Source: the human T2T-CHM13v2.0 reference genome, Homo sapiens
Length of the DNA stretch: 64,000 nucleotides
Assembly (NCBI RefSeq): GCF_009914755.1
Contig: NC_060925.1
Reading direction: 5' to 3' (one strand)
Both the position numbers and the translations under genes were made by a program. Below, piece after piece: positions 59,940 to 64,000 of this stretch (position 1 is the stretch's first letter; every line of letters begins with the position of its first letter). The notes under the pieces were generated by a model that worked only from the letters and a program-made list of their open reading frames with translations, was not told the DNA's origin and did not search any database.

Positions 59940-61604
59940 AAAGTACAAAGGGCTGACATTATTTCTATTCTATAGATGAGTGGTTTTCACACTTTTTGGT
60001 CTTAGGGCCCCCTTACATTTTAAAAAATTATTGTGCAAGCCAGGCGCAATGTCTGATGCCTATAATTCCAGCTACTCAGGAGGCTGAGGAGGGAGGATAG
60101 CTTGAGCCCGGGAATTAGAGTCCAGCCTGAGTAATATAGTGAGACGCCATTTCTAAAAATTAAAAAATTAAAAATAAATGAATAAATAAATTAATGAATA
60201 AATAAAAATGAAGGAACTGAGGCTCAGAGAGGTTAAGCTACTTTCCTAAAATTATCTATCAAGTTAATGACAGAGCTAGAATGACAATCCTGGGTCTTTT
60301 CACTGCTTCTGAGAATGCTTTTCACACTATACTATTAACAATGTCATTAATAAATATTTATTTTGACCTATTTATTCATCACTGGACATAGTGACTGGCA
60401 TCACCATCTATCTGCCTGGCCTCCCAAGGTAGAAACATCAATGTCATCCTTAACTAATACTTGCCTTTCATCACCATACCAAGTGGTCAACAAAACTGCT
60501 TCAAAAATCTCTCTCACATCTGGTCTCACCTTCCTACTGCCAAAGATTTAAAATAGACCCTCAGTATTTCTCATCTGGGGTTATTGCAACAGTTTAACTG
60601 GCCTTCCTCGCTCTATTTCTACTCATCCTCCTCTTGGCATCTATCTTTCTAAAAAAATAAATCTGATTAACCCACTACCCACCTATGGCTCCGCACTGGC
60701 TAAAAGATAAAAACCAAATTAGCATTCAAGGGCTTTCTCAATCCAGCTCCCAAAGGAAATGTCTAGATTAATCTCCCTCTGCCACCTCTACATTTTGCTA
60801 TCCTGAACTTTTTATTTTTCTTTGAACATTCCATGATCTTTTTCACACTTTATTCATGCTGTTACTTCTGCCTGAAATGCTCCCACCCCCCTACTATCCC
60901 ATTCTCTGCTTGGAAAACTTGTATTCATCAACTATCACTCCCTTTGTGCTACCTTCTTCAGGGCTCCCAATGCATACTGTAAATATTGCTATAATAATAC
61001 ATAACCCTACTATAATATTATTCACCTCTTTAAATATCTGCTTTGCCTAAACCCTATAAGTCCTTTAAGGGCAAGGATTGTGACTTGCTGTCTCTGTATC
61101 CCCAGGAAGTCATTAGCATCCTACAGACCTTGACACATAGCAGGGGCTCATTAATGCTTTATTTAAAAACTATTACTTATAATTATGTAATTATTATCAT
61201 AATTAGATAATGAAATATAGAAACTACAGATATAGTGTATTCGTATTTTCTTTCTTTCTTTCTTTCTTTTTTTGGAGACAAGGTCTCACTCTGTCGCCCA
61301 GCCTGGAGTGTAGTGGCGCGATCTCGGCTCACTGAAACCTCCGCTTCCCCAGCTCAAGTGATCCTCTGCCTCAGCCTCCCCAGTAGGTGGGATTACAGGC
61401 ACATGCCACCATGCCCGGCTAATTTTTGTATTTGTTGTAGAGATGGGGTTTCACCACATTGCCCAGAATGGTCCTGTACTCCCGAGCTCAAGCAATCCAC
61501 CCACCTCAGCCTCCCAAAGTGCTGGGATTACAGGCATGAGCCACCACGCCTGGCCCACCACAGCCCCTTTCCAACTGAAATTTAATCTTTTCTGATTTCC
61601 TATC

Positions 61605-61642
<38 letters not shown>

Positions 61643-62610
61643 TCACTCTGTTGCCCAGGCTGGAGTGCTGGAGTGCAGTGGTGCGATCTCAGCTCATCGC
61701 AACCTCCCCCTCCTGGGTTCAAGCGATTCTCCCGCCTCAGCCTCCTGAGTAGCTGGGATTACAGGTGAGCACCACCACGCCCGGCTAATTTTTGTATTTT
61801 TAGTAGAGACAGGGTTTCACCATGTTGGCCAGACTGGTCTCGTACTCGTAACCTTAGGTGATCCACTTGCCTCTGCCTCCCAAAGTGCTGGGATTACAGG
61901 GGTGAGCCACCATGCCTGACCCCTATTCGTTGTTAATACCTTTACAAACTCACCACATTCTGTCACTTGTAATCATTATTTGTGTCCCTGTTCATTTCTC
62001 ATTAGGCCATAAATTACATGAGGACAGCAACCATATAGTTTAAGTTTCTATCTCCCAGAAAAGTTATCACAGTGCTTTAAATACAGCAAGCATAAAAATG
62101 TTGGCTAAATTCAACATTTGTTTGAGTGAGATGGAACAAGAAAACAGGGGCAGGGATAGGGGGAGTAACCCCATCAACTTCAATGCTGTACATTTTTACA
62201 TCTATCCAATTTCCCCCATGCATGACCTGAAATACTTGGTGTAGAGTACCTGTTTTGCACAAAGGAGGCCACCTTACTGGAAAGAAGGCAGAGCATTGAG
62301 GAGGAACCAAGAGCAAGGAGAGGTGGGCACTTTAGGAACTGAGAACTAAAAATCAGCTCTCCATTAGTTGCTGTAAACGTTTAATCACTCTCAACGTAAA
62401 ATTTTCTGTGTGGTTAATAGAGTCAGACAGACCTGTTTGAATCCCAAATCTGACGCTCATTATTTGACCTTAGCCAAACTGGTTAACCAATCCAAGTCTC
62501 AGTTTCTTCATCTGCCAAAAGGGAACGATAAATGTATACTTGATACAGATGTGAGGGTGAAATGAGCTAACGTATGTGAAGCCCTCAGCACAGTGTCTGG
62601 CATAATAAAA
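59940..62610. mobile_element. LYSMD1 intron 1 repeats: MIR (~59940-60330, 62410-62600), Alu monomer (60038-60200), L2 remnant (~60390-61160), antisense Alus (61246-61555; 61608-61920 with a (TG)n tail)
   Basis: ggaactgaggctcagagaggttaag and ctcagtttcttcatctgccaaaaggga MIR cores; L2-like 3' end; Alu consensus. Confidence 0.8.
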
Positions 62611-62806
62611 TAGGAGCTGTTCCTCTCCGTTGGAATAGTAGGGCAGGACTTGTGCAACACTGTGATGGGAAAACAAAGATAAAGGCAGAACAGAGTGCAA
62701 CACATTAGGAACATTTCAGGGGAGGTTACCTAGAAGGGCCACTACATTCTTCTCAGGACTAAATCCCTCCTGACTGTTGTCTTCACCCCAATCCTGGAAA
62801 ACTCAC

Positions 62807-62986
62807 CGTCACCCCATATTTGAGTGCTAGTCCAGCCAGGGTGTCTCCGGGCTCCAACTGATGCTCCAGGCGTCTTTCCCTCACTGGGGAGCAGGCCGAT
62901 TGCACCAGGCTTCCATATGAACGAGCCCGGCTCCCTTGAAGCAGTCCTGACCCCCCTGGCGGGGGCTGTCTAGACGGGGAAGCCAT
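62807..62986 (-). CDS. LYSMD1: LYSMD1 exon 1 CDS (MASPSRQPPPGG...EHQLEPGDTLAGLALKYGVT)
   Basis: gagATGg start, ACG|gtgagt donor; LysM motif GDTLxGLALKYGVT; the three exons total 684 nt = 227 aa. Confidence 0.95.
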
Positions 62987-63329
62987 CTCTTCACCCTGCC
63001 AACAGCTAAGGTTGCAACTAGGGGAGGTACGACCGAGACTGCGACTGACAGGCCTGAAGTCTGGGAATGAATATTCAGGGGATTCCTTTCCCCCTCTCTC
63101 TTCCCCTGTGTCCCCGCCTCCCCAGCACTACGCCATCTGCCCCCTCCCGGTTTCTCCTCCCTCCAAGCTACTTATCCACAAATCTGTCCCTTGAGTATTC
63201 AGTCCCTCCCTAATTCTCCCCTAAGCACCCCTCCGACTTTGGACTCCCCCACAACTCCTCGCTACATTGACCTCTGACCTTTGAACTCTAGAAATAATCC
63301 TCAACACTCTTTCCTCAGTTTGCCCCCAA

Positions 63330-63880
63330 GTAGCCTGGCCTCAGGGCGCTCCAACATCCCAGCTCTCCCCGGTCCCGGGGTTTGTTTGCTAGAGTCAGGA
63401 ACAAATCAGGCCCACCCCAGGTGAACTGTCGCCGCAGACGAAGAGCGTGAGGATTGCAAGAATTTGTAGTACACCTTCCACTCAGAGATCCTCAAAGGTC
63501 CGCTCCGCATAAGATAGGTCACACCCTCAAATTTCGGCTCCACATCTAGGTTGTTGTCCCTCCAAACGCCTCAGATCCGCCAAGATGCAAGGGCCTGGAT
63601 CCAGTTGAGCGGCAAGGTCTTTGAGAAAAGACTTCATTTCCCAAAAGGCTCCGCGTCTGCGGAGTCGCAGGGCACCATAGGAAATGCAGTTCCCTCCGAG
63701 CACCAGAGAGTGGATTTCCGGATCGCGCAATGCATGCGTGGAAGTGCGTCCCCGGAAGTACGGAGGCCGACAGGAAGAGAAGGAAAAAAGAGAAGGCGCT
63801 GTCCCGCTCTTGCTACGGTGGCCTGGAGGAGTGGCGAAACCGGAACAGAGAATTTATCACTTCTGGGACTCACAGTCGTG
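63330..63880. promoter_or_regulatory. LYSMD1/SCNM1 bidirectional CpG promoter
   Basis: Head-to-head ATGs ~900 nt apart; ETS/GABP sites ATTTCCGG (63714) and CCGGAAGT (63752); ZNF143-type motifs at 63631-63655 (+) and 63666-63690 (-). Confidence 0.85.
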
Positions 63881-63931
63881 ATGTCTTTCAAGAGGGAAGG
63901 AGACGATTGGAGTCAACTCAATGTGCTCAAA
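63881..63931 (+). CDS. SCNM1: SCNM1 first coding exon (MSFKREGDDWSQLNVLK)
   Basis: gtgATG start, AAA|gtaagc donor; recognised N-terminus of sodium channel modifier 1; absent from the ORF track because it is short. Confidence 0.9.
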
Positions 63932-64000
63932 GTAAGCGTGAGCGGAGAGGATCTGGAGCCGCTTCAGTCGCTCCCTGAAGGTTGGGAAGGAGCTTTGTTT

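Noticed and set aside
62807-62900. LysM (peptidoglycan-binding-type) domain as a sign of bacterial origin or contamination
   Set aside because: It is the intron-split vertebrate LYSMD1 gene embedded among primate Alus.

Overview
Human (primate) genomic DNA, recognisable from the encoded proteins as the gene-dense, Alu-rich 1q21.3 interval. In order: the last four coding exons and an apparently ~7.3-kb 3' UTR of GABPB2 (+); the complete SEMA6C gene (-), whose 17 coding exons join by GT-AG splicing to 2793 nt = 930 aa, plus a 96-nt cassette exon giving 962 aa; TNFAIP8L2/TIPE2 (+, 184 aa, single coding exon); LYSMD1 (-, 3 exons, 227 aa); and the first coding exon of SCNM1 (+), which shares a bidirectional promoter with LYSMD1. 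The rest is mostly Alu, with older L1/L2/MIR/LTR fragments and microsatellites. Most ORFs in the supplied track are Alu-derived or GC-rich artefacts. I see no evidence of a wholly new gene system. The best leads are regulatory or structural: interlocked convergent poly(A) signals of TNFAIP8L2 and LYSMD1; an alternative poly(A) choice that includes or excludes inverted Alus in the GABPB2 UTR; a young AluYa5 just past the distal GABPB2 poly(A) signals; an inverted duplication in that UTR; a splice-reachable 439-codon alternative frame in the SEMA6C last exon; and candidate muscle (MEF2/E-box) and haematopoietic (STAT/ETS/RUNX) enhancers. Exon coordinates were counted by hand and frame-checked. 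Repeat boundaries are approximate.
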